This document shows, in pieces, positions 14,382 to 27,670 of a stretch of 64,000 nucleotides of DNA. Where the stretch lies: the NCBI RefSeq assembly GCF_006345805.1, contig NC_043000.1, forward strand, positions 106,826,001-106,890,000. The letters run 5' to 3'. The notes beneath the pieces were generated by a model, which was given only the letters and a program-made list of their open reading frames with translations, ran no database searches and was not told the DNA's origin. Each line of letters opens with the position of its first letter. The stretch's first letter is position 1. The stretch is from Octopus sinensis (lineage: Eukaryota). A program made the position numbers and the translations under genes.

Positions 14382-14870
14382 GTATATATATATATATATA
14401 GTATAATATATATATATATATATGTATGTATATATATATATGTATGTATGTATATATATATATATGTATTGTATGTATGTTATATATATATGTATGTATG
14501 TATGTATATATATATATATGTATGATGTATGTATATATATATATATGTATGTATGTATGTATGTATATATATATATGTATGTATTGTAGTATATTATATA
14601 GTATGTATGTATGTATATATATATATGTATGTATGTATGTATATATATATATGTAGTATGTATGTATATATATATATATATAGTATGTATGTATATATAT
14701 ATATTATATATGTATGTATATATATATAATATATATATATGTATGTATATATATATATATATATATATGTATGTAATATATATATATATATATAATGTAT
14801 GTATATATATATATATATGTATGTATGTATGTATATATATATATGTATGTATATATATATATATATATAT
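12340..14870. repeat. 2.5-kb TA-rich simple repeat tract including (CATC)n, (CATA)n and a 22-bp tandem unit at about 12397-12570
   Basis: Directly visible; unit tatacatatatatgtatgtatg. Confidence 0.95.
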
Positions 14871-14904
14871 ATTGATCAAATAAAAACATGATGCGAAGGA
14901 TTCA

Positions 14905-14981
14905 GCGGTACATATGTTTCGGGCTTTATTAGACAGATTTATAACAATGCATAATGTATGTCTGTGGCCTTCTTAAGCCGC
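14905..14981 (-). ncRNA. Hammerhead motif with one core substitution
   Basis: GCGG CTTAAGA AGGC...GCCC GAAAC ATAT GTA CCGC; G5 is changed to T, palindromic ATAT loop. Confidence 0.6.
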
Positions 14982-15382
14982 GCACAACAGCTTCCACAAG
15001 GACATGTGTTACATCAAAAATTCTTGGTTGGGGATGCAAATCCTCCCATTCGCGTACGACATAATGCGGCAGCAGCATAGAATTGAAGCGTCCATCTCTT
15101 TCTTCTGTCAAAAATTCTTGGTTGGGGATGCAAATCCTCCCATTCGCGTACGACATAATGCGGCAGCAGCATAGAATTGAAAAAGTGAAATCAAACAATG
15201 ATAAATATCAAAGTGAGTTATATATGGCAAAAATACGTCACGATGTGTTACCGCTACTGTATATAACTCACTTTGATATTTATCAGTTTTGATTTCACTT
15301 TTTCAATATCAGCGACAGTGGGCGCTGGAAAAGTATAAGTATTTGTGAAGGAAATCTAATTCTCGGCGACAACTATGATTGT

Positions 15383-15427
15383 CACACGCTGACGAGAGGT
15401 CAATACCTCGAAACTCGAGTCCGTGTG
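15383..15427 (+). ncRNA. Intact minimal type I hammerhead ribozyme
   Basis: CACACG CTGACGA GAGGT-CAAT-ACCTC GAAAC TCGA GTC CGTGTG: perfect 6-bp stem I, 5-bp stem II, full core, GUC site, palindromic TCGA loop. Confidence 0.9.
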
Positions 15428-15636
15428 TATCATAAGTTGAAGACGGGAAGGATGACTTCCCTTTGCAAATACTGACAGGACACAGATAGTGTGTCTATGG
15501 CCAGCTGGAGGAGTGTGTCCTCCTGGGCTAAAAACTACAGTAGCATCCACCCTTAGGGGTTAGCCATATTGAAATGGCAAAAATACGTCACGATGTGTTA
15601 CCGCTACTGTATATAACTCACTTTGATATTTATCAT

Positions 15637-15680
<44 letters not shown>

Positions 15681-16834
15681 TAACACATGTCTATAAACAG
15701 ATTCTCTTTCAGACAAAAAAAAAACACTGTTTCACTGCTTCATGCCATTCTGTGATATATATACGTTAACTATGATACGCAGAAGGCTATTTCTAATTTA
15801 GTGCTGTTTAAATTGCGTACACCGAGCTCAATAGAGCTCGACAAACTTTCCGCAATATCAGTGAATGTATTATTCATTATTTCGCTATATACTGGACGGT
15901 ACAATTTTTGACTAGTCATATGACGGCCGGCTACACGTAATTAACAAAGCCCATGAAGGCCGAAGTGCTTCTGACTTTGTCATAAGTCATTACTGAATCT
16001 AAACTTACCTCATTCTGACATATATTTTAACACAACATATCTATGAAAGAATTTTTCTCTCAAATAAAAAACACCACATCATGCTTTCTGTGCATATACG
16101 TTAAGTATGGCACGCAGAGGTCATAACATAGCTGCCTTAAGAGTGTTTATACGCATTCCGTTACGGGTGCAATTGTGTCCAATGCTAAGACCTTTATTTC
16201 CGTTCGTTCAATCAAGTTATCTAGTGCACTTTGCTGTTCTAAGGAGCTATCTAGTGCAGCTTGCTATTCTAAACAAGTATAGCCTGGTATTGTAAGAAGC
16301 GGGAGCAATGTTTGAATATTAAATATTTCATTCATTTCTATTGGCTGACTTGCCTCAAGTTTGAAGATTATGCTGAAAATTAAAATGATACACTGTACAG
16401 AGCAGAGAATATTCGAAGGTAATACATAACTCGAACCGGGAGAATAAATAGCTAGCCGTTATCCGTGAAGGAAAATGACTTAGTAATATGTACCAGGCGT
16501 TCGTTAAATGTTTTAAGTGACTATGTAGTTATTGACAGGCAAAGACACTCACTTGGCTCACTCACACTTTGGCCCTGCAGCACATCAAGATGAAAGAGAA
16601 GGAGAGAGAAAGAGCTGCACCTGTACTAGGCTACTACCCATTTTCAACTGAGTAGGCATCAGAAAAAATTGGAATGAAGTTACATGCTCAAAGCAGCTGA
16701 GCAACACGCCGCCCAGTCCAGGAATTGAACCTACGAGATTGTAATAGCGATCTGAACACCCTAAAGCGCCTCTGCAGTTGGAGAGTAACTCGAGGTTACA
16801 CATTTTGAATAAGAAATACGTACAAAACAGCTAA

Positions 16835-16890
<56 letters not shown>

Positions 16891-18139
16891 TGTTATTAAG
16901 GCACGGGGCCAGAAATATTTGAGGGGATGGGTTAGTTGATATCATCAACCTCATTACTTGACTGGTACGTTATGTTATCGATATTGAAAAGACGAAAGAC
17001 AAAGTTGACCTCGACGGGATTTGAACTCGGAATGTAAAATTTTGTACTATATTTTAAAGGAAGAAGATATATATTTGGAGGATGAATAATCTCTTAAGAC
17101 GATCAGTCTACGCCATGTGAGTGAGTGGGCGCGCGCGCGTGTTTGTGTGCCTGTCACACACATGTAATGCAATCAAAATTAAAATGGAATTAACCGCACA
17201 GAAAACAATGAGATCATTTGTTCGAAATAACCTTTTGATTTACAATTTCGAAGTAATAAATTGTCAAATTTCGTTAAATGCTGACTGCGCTACGGTTTAA
17301 AATTAAAAGAAAATTAAATTTATTACAGGATTAAACTAAAAGTTATGCACACTAGGAAAATGTTAATTCAACACTTTAGCACACACCGAGTAGTTTTGTG
17401 CACGTAAAGAAAAAAAAGCATTTTTGTGTGGCTAGAGTAGCCTTTCGTGATCATAAAAAACCTGGATAAATAGCAAAAGCAGTGTTTAAATTCCCAAACA
17501 GGAAATATTACTTTCATTGTACTATATTAACATGAAGCAAAGGAGTGTGAACCGCATCATGCGTGTGAACCGCATAAAGCGCTAAAGTGTGAACGGCATA
17601 AAACCGAAAACGCAAAACTAATATACGATTGCGCAGTGAAAATCTGTTAAAACTGCATAATTGACAATATATCAAGACTACAGGTGTCTCGTATATTGAT
17701 TAAATTTAAGTTAACTTTGTGGAGGTTGATTTTGTCGTAGGTAATTTGCTATACGTTGGCGTTACATTTTAGTCGTCGCTATCGCTACAGCTACTTGCCT
17801 TCTGCTCGTCTCGTTATTGTAATCGATGCCTCTGTATTAACAAGATCCTTATTAGTCTTCTTCCGCTCGTTTTTTGTCTAATTTCTCTATTACCAATAAT
17901 GTTTTTATTGACGTCATCATAGGTGATTTTGTTTTGAGTTAACTTGCTATTTTCTTTATTTAATATTGACATTACTAGTTGTTATGAAATAAACTGCATC
18001 CACCGATTAATATAAGTTTGTTTAGTTACAGCTACCCCGTTTCTCTCGGGTGTATCTTGTTTTTGGTTGTATGGCTGTTGGAGACAGAAACACGAGGTAG
18101 ATAACAATTTAATTTCATACAATTTGCCCATATTTATAG

Positions 18140-18335
18140 AATCGTTGGCACGTCGAATAAAATGTTTAGCGGCATTTCTTCTGGCTTTTTTACGCTCCGA
18201 GTTCAAATTTCACCGAGGTCAACTTTACATTTCATCCTTTCGGGGTCGATAAAATAAGTACTAGTTGAAGACAAGAGTAAATGTAATCGACTTCCCCTAA
18301 CCCTCAAAATTGCTGACCTTGTGTCTATAGTAGAA
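18140..18335 (+). mobile_element. SINE family S1, diverged
   Basis: gagttcaaatttcaccgaggtcaactttacatttcatcctttcggggtcgataaaataagtactagtt. Confidence 0.75.
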
Positions 18336-18761
18336 AGACTTAACTTAGTTCGTACGCACACAGCCAACTGCAATAACAGCCTCTTCTTATCCCGATATAT
18401 TTCAGCAATATAGCCAGCAACACTTATCAAGAAACACCGTTTGATTAATCCCTTCTTCTCAAGAATTTATTGCGCATGTGACTCTGTCACCTATGTCCAT
18501 TTATGTTCGTTTACTCGCTAACACTCTCGCATATCCTTACTTTAACACTTCTATTTTGAAAATGGCTTGAGAGCTTGACAGGAAGCTAATTCAATTACTT
18601 CCCTTCCTTCAGTATCTGATACCTTTTATACTTACTTTCCTACAACAAGCAAACATACCGTTGAAGAATACTATCGTAAATCAAATTGAATTAACAGATT
18701 TTTCAAATGTCTATTTATTATGCATAAACGAATCTCTGCTCTAATTATACATACATGCATA

Positions 18762-19150
18762 GACACAGGAATGGCTGTGTGGTAAGTAACTTGCTTACCA
18801 ACCACATGGTTCCGGGTTCAGTCCCACTGCGTGGTACCTTGGGCAAGTGTCCTCTACTATAACCTCGGGCCAACCAAAGCCTTGTGAGTGGATTTGGTAG
18901 ACAGAAACGAAAAAAAAGCCCGTCGTATGCATGTATATGTATATATATGTGTGTGTGTTTGTGTGTCTGTGTCCCCCCCCCCAATATCGCTTGACAACCG
19001 ATGCTGGTGTGTTTACGTCCTCGATAGAATAAGTACTAGGCTTACTAAGAATAAGTCCTGGGGTCGATTTGCTCGACTAAAGGCAGTACTCCAGCATGGC
19101 CGCAGTCAAATGACTGAAACAAGTAAAAGAATAAAAGAAAAGAAAAGAAA
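18762..19150 (+). mobile_element. tRNA-derived SINE family S2 with internal microsatellite
   Basis: Head tggctgtgtggtaag...gggttcagtccc; tail cagtcaaatgactgaaacaagtaaaagaat; second copy at about 46409-46790. Confidence 0.8.
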
Positions 19151-19170
19151 GAATATTATATATATATCAT

Positions 19171-19522
19171 GGATGCGCAATGGCCCAGTGGTTAGGGCAG
19201 CGGACGCGCGGTCGTAGGATCGCGGTTTCGATTCCCAGACTGGACATTGTGAGTGTTTATTGAGTGAAAACACCTAAAGATCTAATGAGATCCCGGCAGG
19301 GGATGGTGGCGAACCTTGCTGTACTCTTTCACCACAACTTTCGCTCAATATTTCTTCCTGTTTCTATTGTACCTGTATTTCAAAGGGCCAGCCTTGTCAC
19401 ACTCTGTGTCACACTGAATCTCCCCGAGAACTAAGGGTACACGTGGCTGTGGAGTACTCAGCCACTTGAACGTTAATTTCACGGCAGGCTATTTCATTAA
19501 TCGGATCAACTGGAACCATGTC
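19171..19522 (+). mobile_element. tRNA-derived SINE family S3
   Basis: A box tggcccagtggttagg and B box ggtttcgattccc, followed by a non-tRNA body. Confidence 0.7.
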
Positions 19523-19709
19523 TTAGATTTTGAGAAAGGATGTTTTAGAAATAGTCGAGAAGTTCCATTTTGAATCTGTATATGTGTGTCTGTATATATA
19601 TGTGTGTGTGTGTGTATTTATGTACGTATAAGTACTTATGTATGGTAAATGTTTGGAGGTTTGGCTAGAGAGAGAAAAGGAAAAAGAAAAGAAGACAGAC
19701 AGGAAGAAA

Positions 19710-20400
19710 GAATATGGCAAGTGGTTGACCCCAAAAGACTTCAAATTCGACTCATTGAACTTAAAAGCTTCCTTAAAAAACAGAATTACCCCTTAAAATT
19801 AATGATGGAATTATAAAAGCAATAAAACTGGACAGCGAAGGACACCTAAGTAAACATCAAAGAAAATACTTCTCCATTTATCAACAGCCATAATCTGAGA
19901 ACAGTCAACATATAAAAACAAGCCTACCAATACTTTTACAGAGCTCCAAAAAGAAAAATAATATGGTTATTGAAATATCATAAGAAACAGTAAACGCCAG
20001 CCAAAAGATCCTAAAAAAACACCTCACAAGGGCAAAATTCACATCAGAATTCTCCATGAGGGACTGTGGAGACAATAGAAGTCGAATATGTACCAACAAC
20101 AACTTCAAATATTTGGGCACTGGTTCCCTTATAAAATTTTAAGGTGGATTCTATTATACACCAAAATAATGCAGATATGAGCAAGACCACACAGAATCCA
20201 CAGACAACACATCACACTAAACGAATTACGTAAGATTCCACTGTGCAAGCATCTGGGAATATGTGGAATCAGCAGATCCCCGATCTTTCCTATGAACAAA
20301 TGCCCATTGGTTGATCCGAAGTACCAGGAGGTAATGGAACTATATTTTATAAAAACATTTTTTAGCTAAATTAAACGTATAAAATATATATTTACAAACA
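19710..20400 (+). pseudogene. Penelope-like element ORF remnant (RT thumb, Cys linker, part of GIY-YIG)
   Basis: Frameshifted translation RLIELKSFLKKQNYPLKL..GIIKA, PFINSHN, KRQPK.LKKHLTRAKF, CGDNRSRICT, IHRQHI, PLCKHLGICG, typical of the PLE C-terminal half. Confidence 0.65.
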
Positions 20401-20498
20401 CATGAGAAATCCTTTTTTAAAAAAATTGTTTCCCAGATGAACCAAATCAAATTATCACTGGATATTATTATTATTTTTATTATTATTATTATTATTAT

Positions 20499-20537
<39 letters not shown>

Positions 20538-20538
20538 C

Positions 20539-20987
20539 ATTGAGTGAGAGAGCAGTGCATGCCATCAAAGTGACACTGGGGTAAAATATACGAAGCCCAG
20601 TATACCCATCATGACTACCCGTCTGATAAGGGTACACTAGGCACATGCATCACAACCATATGTGCGCGACATGGTGATCTCATATCAAGATAAACAGCAC
20701 ATGACCTTGCAGGTGGGGCCCAGTTAGAATTTTCTTCTGTTCGAGTAACCCATCCCGCTCAAAAGGTCCCTGAATAAGGGTTGTTTAAGAATGTTGAATG
20801 AAACACCCATGTTCCCAAAGGTGAATTATTCAAACCCCAAAGAATCCCTCTCAACACATGGCTATGATGCTCCCCCACTACTTCTGCTCGTGATCAGAGA
20901 TGCACATATCGTCAGCCACTAAGGGACATGCTCAACTGGTTAAGGTCAAACAACTGACAAGCAAATCTGTGGTATTGAGCAGATATT
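20539..20987 (-). mobile_element. Non-coding repeat of about 450 bp associated with (TAA)n, copy 1
   Basis: Reverse complement of copies at 45802-46272 and 56536-57047; one end is fixed at ...ctcactcaat next to a trinucleotide run. Confidence 0.85.
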
Positions 20988-21048
20988 AATGTTCTCATTA
21001 ATGTTATTAGAATTACTAGAAATATTAACTTAAGCAAACAACACACAG

Positions 21049-21099
<51 letters not shown>

Positions 21100-21737
21100 C
21101 CTCTCTCTCACCCATACATGCTCTTAAACATACTCAAACACACACACACATTAAAAACCTTCCAAAATAATTTGATAGATTCTATTTTCTATAGCTGAGT
21201 AACATGACAACTGACCGAAAATACTGTCGGTCACACAACGACTAAAAGAAATCTATTCCAATTGATAAGAAATTTCACTTTTTTGATCTGTCATCAATTT
21301 CAACCATCTCAGAAAAAACACTCCTTTCTTGCTTTCTCTCTTTCTTTCTTTCTTCCTTTCTTTTTCCTTTTCTCACTGCAACCAAGCCTCCAAAAATTCA
21401 AGACACACACATACACATATATACATACACACACACACACGCATATATATATGCATACACGCACATATACACATACACATATATACACACATATAGATTC
21501 AAAATAACAAAGAACCTTTCAACCAATCTAAAAACATCCACTTCCCCAAACTCAAGGAAGCAAATACAACTGTAGATTTTTCTTTCCAACTCACTCACAT
21601 ATATATATATAAAAGGAATGAATTTTCTATAACAAAAATCATTCGCGATGAAACCCTCAAAGGGACGAAAGTGTTAAATAAATAGTTCATAGTGCTTATC
21701 CAAATCCTGACTGCCGCCTTTTTCTTTATACATACAT

Positions 21738-21840
<103 letters not shown>

Positions 21841-22310
21841 TACAAGATGTCATAATAAAGAATGGAGAATTACACATCTTCAAGATTTATTTATTAACGT
21901 ATTTTCTTCAGAGACATGTTTCTATTGGCTAAGTACTCTACCGTCATTTGACAGCAAAACACTTATCCAGTTGATATGTGCATTTAGTTGATTTATATTA
22001 AATCACAACACATTCAAATTTAAATGTTGACAATCCTATGCAGCTTTATTGTTGGAATGGAATATGAAGAATATACCTTAATAAATAGATTTTGAAGGTG
22101 TATAATTCTCCATGCTATATGGTAAACAACGAAGGGAACTCATGATTTACGTATCGAATGAAGTAGAGTTTAATTGTTTATCTTAAACGCTTCTGAATGT
22201 TACCTATCATTTGAGGCGGTTACCCAGATCTGAATGGTATCGGAGTGTTTATAATGTACCTGTCCCGATTTTCAATCCCAGTGTATTCATGTTATCCATA
22301 CATACATACA

Positions 22311-22342
<32 letters not shown>

Positions 22343-22386
22343 CATACATACATATAAAGACACACATACACGCACACACACATATA

Positions 22387-23385
22387 TCTGTATATATAAA
22401 ACTGAGAATGTGTGTCTGTCTGTGTGTTTCCCTAAAACTTGAGAACTACACAACCAATTTCATTCATATTTTACACATACCTTACTTAGGGTCCATGTAG
22501 TTTCATGGGCAAAAAAATGTTCAACTTCTTGCCTAGAGCTAGCCCATAGCAATATCATATCTTCTCCATTATTTCAGTATTACGTGTTAAAAGTGAAACA
22601 AAAGCATTTCTCTATTTTATGTCAGATACTTTCACTTTAACAATAAAAATAATAATAACAATATGTAGTAAGTAATAATAAAAATCAAACTAAAGTATAA
22701 TATAATCGTAACATAACAAAAGTAAAAATAGCAATTGGTATAAAATTGCATTAATGACTTGAACTTGAATAAGTGGTTTCACATGAATGGGAATAAATTA
22801 AAAATAAAATTAGCGTGCAGAAATGGAATAGTCCTGATGGATAATAAAAAATTAAATTAAAGAAAACACTATTGTCTATAATGTATATAATGTAGAGAAA
22901 AAATAGATTTAACACCTGGAGGAAAGCACCATCGAAAAGTGTCTTCATGCGACTATGAAAGATATCTAACCATAGGCGGTAAATTCGCCACAATAGAAGC
23001 AAGGTTCGAGTCAACGGAGCGTGCAAGGGAGTACTCGACTCGAACTTGCAAAGTGGAAATATTTTATTTTTACCTTTATATCTGGGACGTAGGACGTGCC
23101 GGATAAAAATTAAAAATGTTGAGGTAGGCTGGATTGTAGCCACACTTCTATACAAGAGGGAGGACAATATACAATTGATCGAAATTGCAAGAGACGGGCT
23201 TACAATTCCAGTCTGTTATATATTTTAAGTATTGTTATCACTAGCGATATCAAGATATAACTTTGTATTTTGTATTTTATGTGTAGATGTATATATATAG
23301 ATGTACATGTAATATGTACACATATATATACACATATATACATGCCCTAGCACTATGACACTGCAACGACGGGTCATAATGCTAG
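22387..23385 (+). mobile_element. Non-autonomous Helitron
   Basis: 5' TC-tgtatatataaaactgagaatgtgtgtctgtctg...; 3' gcaacgacgggtcataatgCTAG; flanked by A and T with no TSD. Confidence 0.6.
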
Positions 23386-23415
23386 TATATTTATATATAT
23401 ATATATACTGTTGCA

Positions 23416-23586
23416 TCTGGGGAGAGTAATTTTCCTAGGAAAATAAAAATAAAAAATAAGTGGAAATTTTACCGGTGAGTGTGTTAGATTATAAGGCACT
23501 AAAAGAAAATTACTCTCCCCTGACACAACAGAAGATGCTTCAACACACGAACTCACATAAAGAATCTTGCAAACCAAATCCAAAAA

Positions 23587-23590
<4 letters not shown>
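23416..23590. repeat. Short element with inverted repeat between TA tracts
   Basis: ggggagagtaattttc (about 23419-23434) versus gaaaattactctcccc (about 23505-23520). Confidence 0.55.
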
Positions 23591-23635
<45 letters not shown>

Positions 23636-23744
23636 GTTTTTGGGCTAAATTTGATAGTTTGCATAAAGGAAAAGAAAATACAATATCCAATCCCCCAAAA
23701 CTTTTTAAATATCAAAAATTTAAAATAGATTATGTCTGGGATAT

Positions 23745-24420
23745 AACAGTTTACTCAAAGTAACCGCCCCTGGCTTTCCCCAAGACCTCAAGAAGGCTCC
23801 ATAACCTGGTGCATTTGTTTGTCCCTGGGAAGATCCTCGAACACCTCCTTGATCTTGACCACCAGCTCGATCTTGGTGTTGCAGGCAGAACAGTAGGTGT
23901 CTTTGTCAACCGCGCCCACACATAGTAATCCGCATGATTACATTAGGCTGAATTAGGAAGCCAGAGATTGGAGAATTGCAGAAGTAGAAATTCTTCGACA
24001 ACCACTTCTGACTCCTTCCGTAGGTACAGTAAGGAGCCGAATCTTGCTGCTACACATATGGCCTTCCAGCAGCAATTCGCTCCAGTCAGGGATTCACCAG
24101 TCTCCAGCAACTTCCCACAGCCGCCTAAATTGAATCTAAGGCCATGTCCTGCAGTTTTTGAATGAACCCTGGCGTGCGGATGCAGTTAAAACGCTTGCTG
24201 TGTTCCTTTCTGTTGGCCACGGCTTCATAGTCTCCGTTGCAGCTGTCTATTCATGTCTTACAGCCTTTACAATGCTCACAGAACATTGAGCAGCAGGCTT
24301 GGTGTCGGTATTTGGATACCTAGCGTGAATCATCATGATACAGGTAACACTTTTCCAATATTCACATGACAGTAGTCTAACTTCTTTTTCGACTACAAAT
24401 TTAATAGTTCTGCTCTCCAA
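23745..24420 (-). mobile_element. Decayed Tc1/mariner (maT-like) transposase
   Basis: Minus strand IAAGRPYV*QQDSAP...SQKWLSKNF...WLPNS...DYYVW...CNTKIELVVKIKEVFEDLP; homologous to the copy at 48778-49240. Confidence 0.75.
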
Positions 24421-24483
24421 CGCCGTTCACTGTTCACCAATACACTCTGTTAGTATGAATGTACACACACACAACAGTTTTAT

Positions 24484-24817
24484 GACCCCCTTCGGTCATG
24501 AATGACCATGGGATTGCACCTAGAAAGTTACCCTCCTAGACACAAGTCTGGGCAAGGTTGTTTATGGAAGACCAGCAGTCGCCCATGCATACCGGCCTCC
24601 CCTCTCCACGCCACCAGTGTTATCCAAGGGAAAGGCAAAGGTCGATACAGCTTGGCACCAGTGACGTCGCAACTCATTTCTACAGCTGAGTGAACTGGAG
24701 CAACGTGAAATAAAGTGCCTTGCTCAAGAACACAACACGCAGCCCGGTCCGGGATTCGAGCTCACAACCTCACGATCGTAAGCTCGACGCTCTAACCACT
24801 GAGCCATGCGCCTTCAC
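24484..24817 (-). mobile_element. tRNA-derived SINE family S4
   Basis: Head ggcgcatggctcagtggttagagcg...gagctcgaatccc; second copy at 41342-41666; related head at 34507. Confidence 0.85.
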
Positions 24818-25510
24818 GACACACACACATATACACACACATACAAACACAGGGTGATAAACTGCTAGTTTATGCGTGACTTTGATAGTCGCTAACCAGT
24901 GCTCCTCAGGGAGATAAGACTCTTAAACTGCAGCTTCTGCATCAGGATGATGTCGTATGCAGTTAAAAAAGTCTAATAGAAGAACAATCGAAGTATAGTG
25001 TGCATGGGAATAGAAAAACAAGACGATTGACAACAAGCATAAGGAATGTATTTACATGGAGTTGCATATACAATTATGATGTAATCAAGTGCTATCTTTA
25101 TAGCTGTTTCGAGTTATCGATGATTGCTTGATATAATAATGCATTATTATGTAAGCAGGTGAACTACTAAGGGAATACTGTAGGATATACATAAAACCAA
25201 AGTAAAGTATGAACTAGCATGGATTTTGATAACTCGGCGCAGCAGAGTCTCTGAACAGAATACCATGGCCTGCTAAATGGAGCTATCGAAATCTGTGCTA
25301 CTTGATACTTTACTATGATTTCGTGTATACTTACAATACTTTCTCCGTATTATACCTGGTTCCATAATATGTATTATCATATAAACCAGTCGTAGATAAT
25401 TTGAAATAGATGTTAGGGTAAGAACTGGTTATCATGAAATTTTGCACATGCAATTTTCGTATAAATATTATCCTTTACCTGTTATCTTTTGTCTATATTC
25501 AATACAAATG

Positions 25511-25549
<39 letters not shown>

Positions 25550-26092
25550 CTTTTAAGAAAAAACCTTTTGGTGCAGCTAAAAGACTTAAATGACTTTAAA
25601 TGCAAAATTATTAATCATATTTTTAAAAATCTACTTTAAAAAGTAGGTTAATACAGACCTTATGAAAAAAAGATTTGGTGTAAGCGATTTTCCCTCTTTC
25701 CAACTTTTGTAACACTTCTTTTCTGAGGATATTAGTCGCACTGAGAACCAAATTAGGGCGAAATACCGTCTTAGTTGATCGTCGACTTTCTAAGCCTAAT
25801 CTGTTTTACTTTAATGTACCGTTCACTTTGAGAAGTTTCTCTGGGACAAAATATTATAGTGTACGCTCATCTACGTCTGCATACACATCGATATATATAT
25901 ATACAATCGATCGTAGAAATATGGAATAAAGGAATTCCAAATTCGTGCTATTTGTTTTTCTCTCATAATAGATGTGCTCTCTATATTTCGCATTAGCCCC
26001 ATACTGAGCGTAAAGAACAATATTGCACCACGCAGCAACCAATACAGTAATTTTGTCGCGCATCTAGTGCATCTGTTTTCACTTTTATATAT

Positions 26093-26323
26093 AAGGCGGC
26101 GAGCTGGTAGAAGCATTAGCACGCCGGGCGAAATACGTAGCCGTATTTCGTCTGCCGTTAGGTTCTAGGTTCAAATTCCGCCGAGGTCGACTTTGCCTTT
26201 CATCCTTTCGGGGTCGATAAATAAAGTACCAGTATCGCACCGGGTTCGATGTAATCGACTTAATCCCTTTGTCTGTCCTTGTTTGTCCTCTCTATGTTTA
26301 GCCCCTTGTGGGTAGTAGAGAAA
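26093..26323 (+). mobile_element. SINE family S1, monomer
   Basis: Full head and single body. Confidence 0.85.
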
Positions 26324-27276
26324 AATTTATATATATATATATATATATATAAGCACACACACATGTATGTATGTGTGACGGGCTTACTCACAGTTTCACT
26401 GTATCAATTTCACTCATGGACCAATAGGTAAAGGACACTTTCCTTGAAGCCGAATCTGAAACCACGCGGTTGCAAAGTGGGCTTCTTAATTATCCATTTA
26501 TATATATTTGTGCGTATATGATGTATTATAGAAAAAAAAATCAGTAAGAAAATTGAACGCTACGACATAAGGATTTCAGAGTTATTTCAGTTGTTAAACC
26601 ATGAGTGCAAATTATAGACACAACCGAAGTATACATTTAAAGACCATACGTATCACTCAAGAAGAAGAAGAAGAAGAAGAAGAGAAGGTGGAGGAGCTTG
26701 GGATACAAGAAACAATAAAACAAATGAAAAAAGACAAAGCCGGGATAAGATCAATGAAAAAGAATAAAACAGAAACAGATGAGCCTTATTAGAACCTTAA
26801 TAAATATGTTAGAAGCAAACCGATAAAAACTGACCGAGCAAGCCATTCACTTTAGATGGATGAGTTAGTATGTGTTATGCATGGCTAGATTTCTACACAA
26901 GATGTCGTTTATTAACTATCTATCTAAAAACTTCCAAAAGTAACGCCTCATAGATCCTTTAGTGGTCATTCATAAACGCAACTGGGACACTCTAAAAATA
27001 CGTATTACAATACAATATAGATTGCTTGGTTCATTTATAATGCGTTTTTCTTTTTTATAATTGCTATAGGTGTAGAAAGAAGAAAGGTGGAAAGGAAAGT
27101 AGGAGGGAAGGATTGCCGTGTTCAATATTTTGTTGTAGTTATTCGATCGCTTGATTGTGACTCGCAGCCGAGTGAATTCAAGCAAAATGGGGTTTTAATC
27201 ATTCTGATTTTTTATTACCCACAAGGGGCTGGGGTTTTAATCATTCGTGCGGCGTGATCCCTGCACTATGTATTCT

Positions 27277-27670
27277 TTACTACTCTAGGCACAAGGCCCG
27301 AAATTTTGAGGGAGGGGGTCAGTCGATTATATCGACCCCAGTACTCAACTGGTACTTAATTTATCGACTCCGAAAGGATGAAAGGCAAAGTCGACCTCGG
27401 TGGAATTTGAACTCAGAACGTAAAGACAGACGAAATACCTGTTTCTTTATTACCCACTAGGGGCTAAACACGGAGAGGACAAACAAGGACAGACAAACGG
27501 ATTAAGTCGATCATATCGACCCGAGTGCGTAACTGGTACTTAATTTATCGACCCCGAAAGGATGAAAAGTAAAGTCGACCTCGGCAGAATTTGAACTCAG
27601 AACGCAGCGGCGGACGAAATACCGCTCAGCATTTCGCCCGGCGTGCTAACGTTTCTGCCAGCTCGCCGCC
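27277..27670 (-). mobile_element. SINE family S1, two body units
   Basis: Same motifs as 1229-1648. Confidence 0.85.

Noticed and set aside
8069-14889. Many ORFs rich in Y, I, C and M
   Set aside because: They are translations of TA/TATG microsatellites with no coding signal.
17544-17600. Three copies of gtgtgaaccgcat
   Set aside because: Probably subterminal repeats of a decayed MITE; no convincing TIRs or function.
25090-25250. HHR-like GAAAC-AGCT with a long stem on the minus strand
   Set aside because: No recognisable CUGAnGA core; similar partial motifs near 36345-36435, 41825-41870 and 44806-44825 were also not counted.
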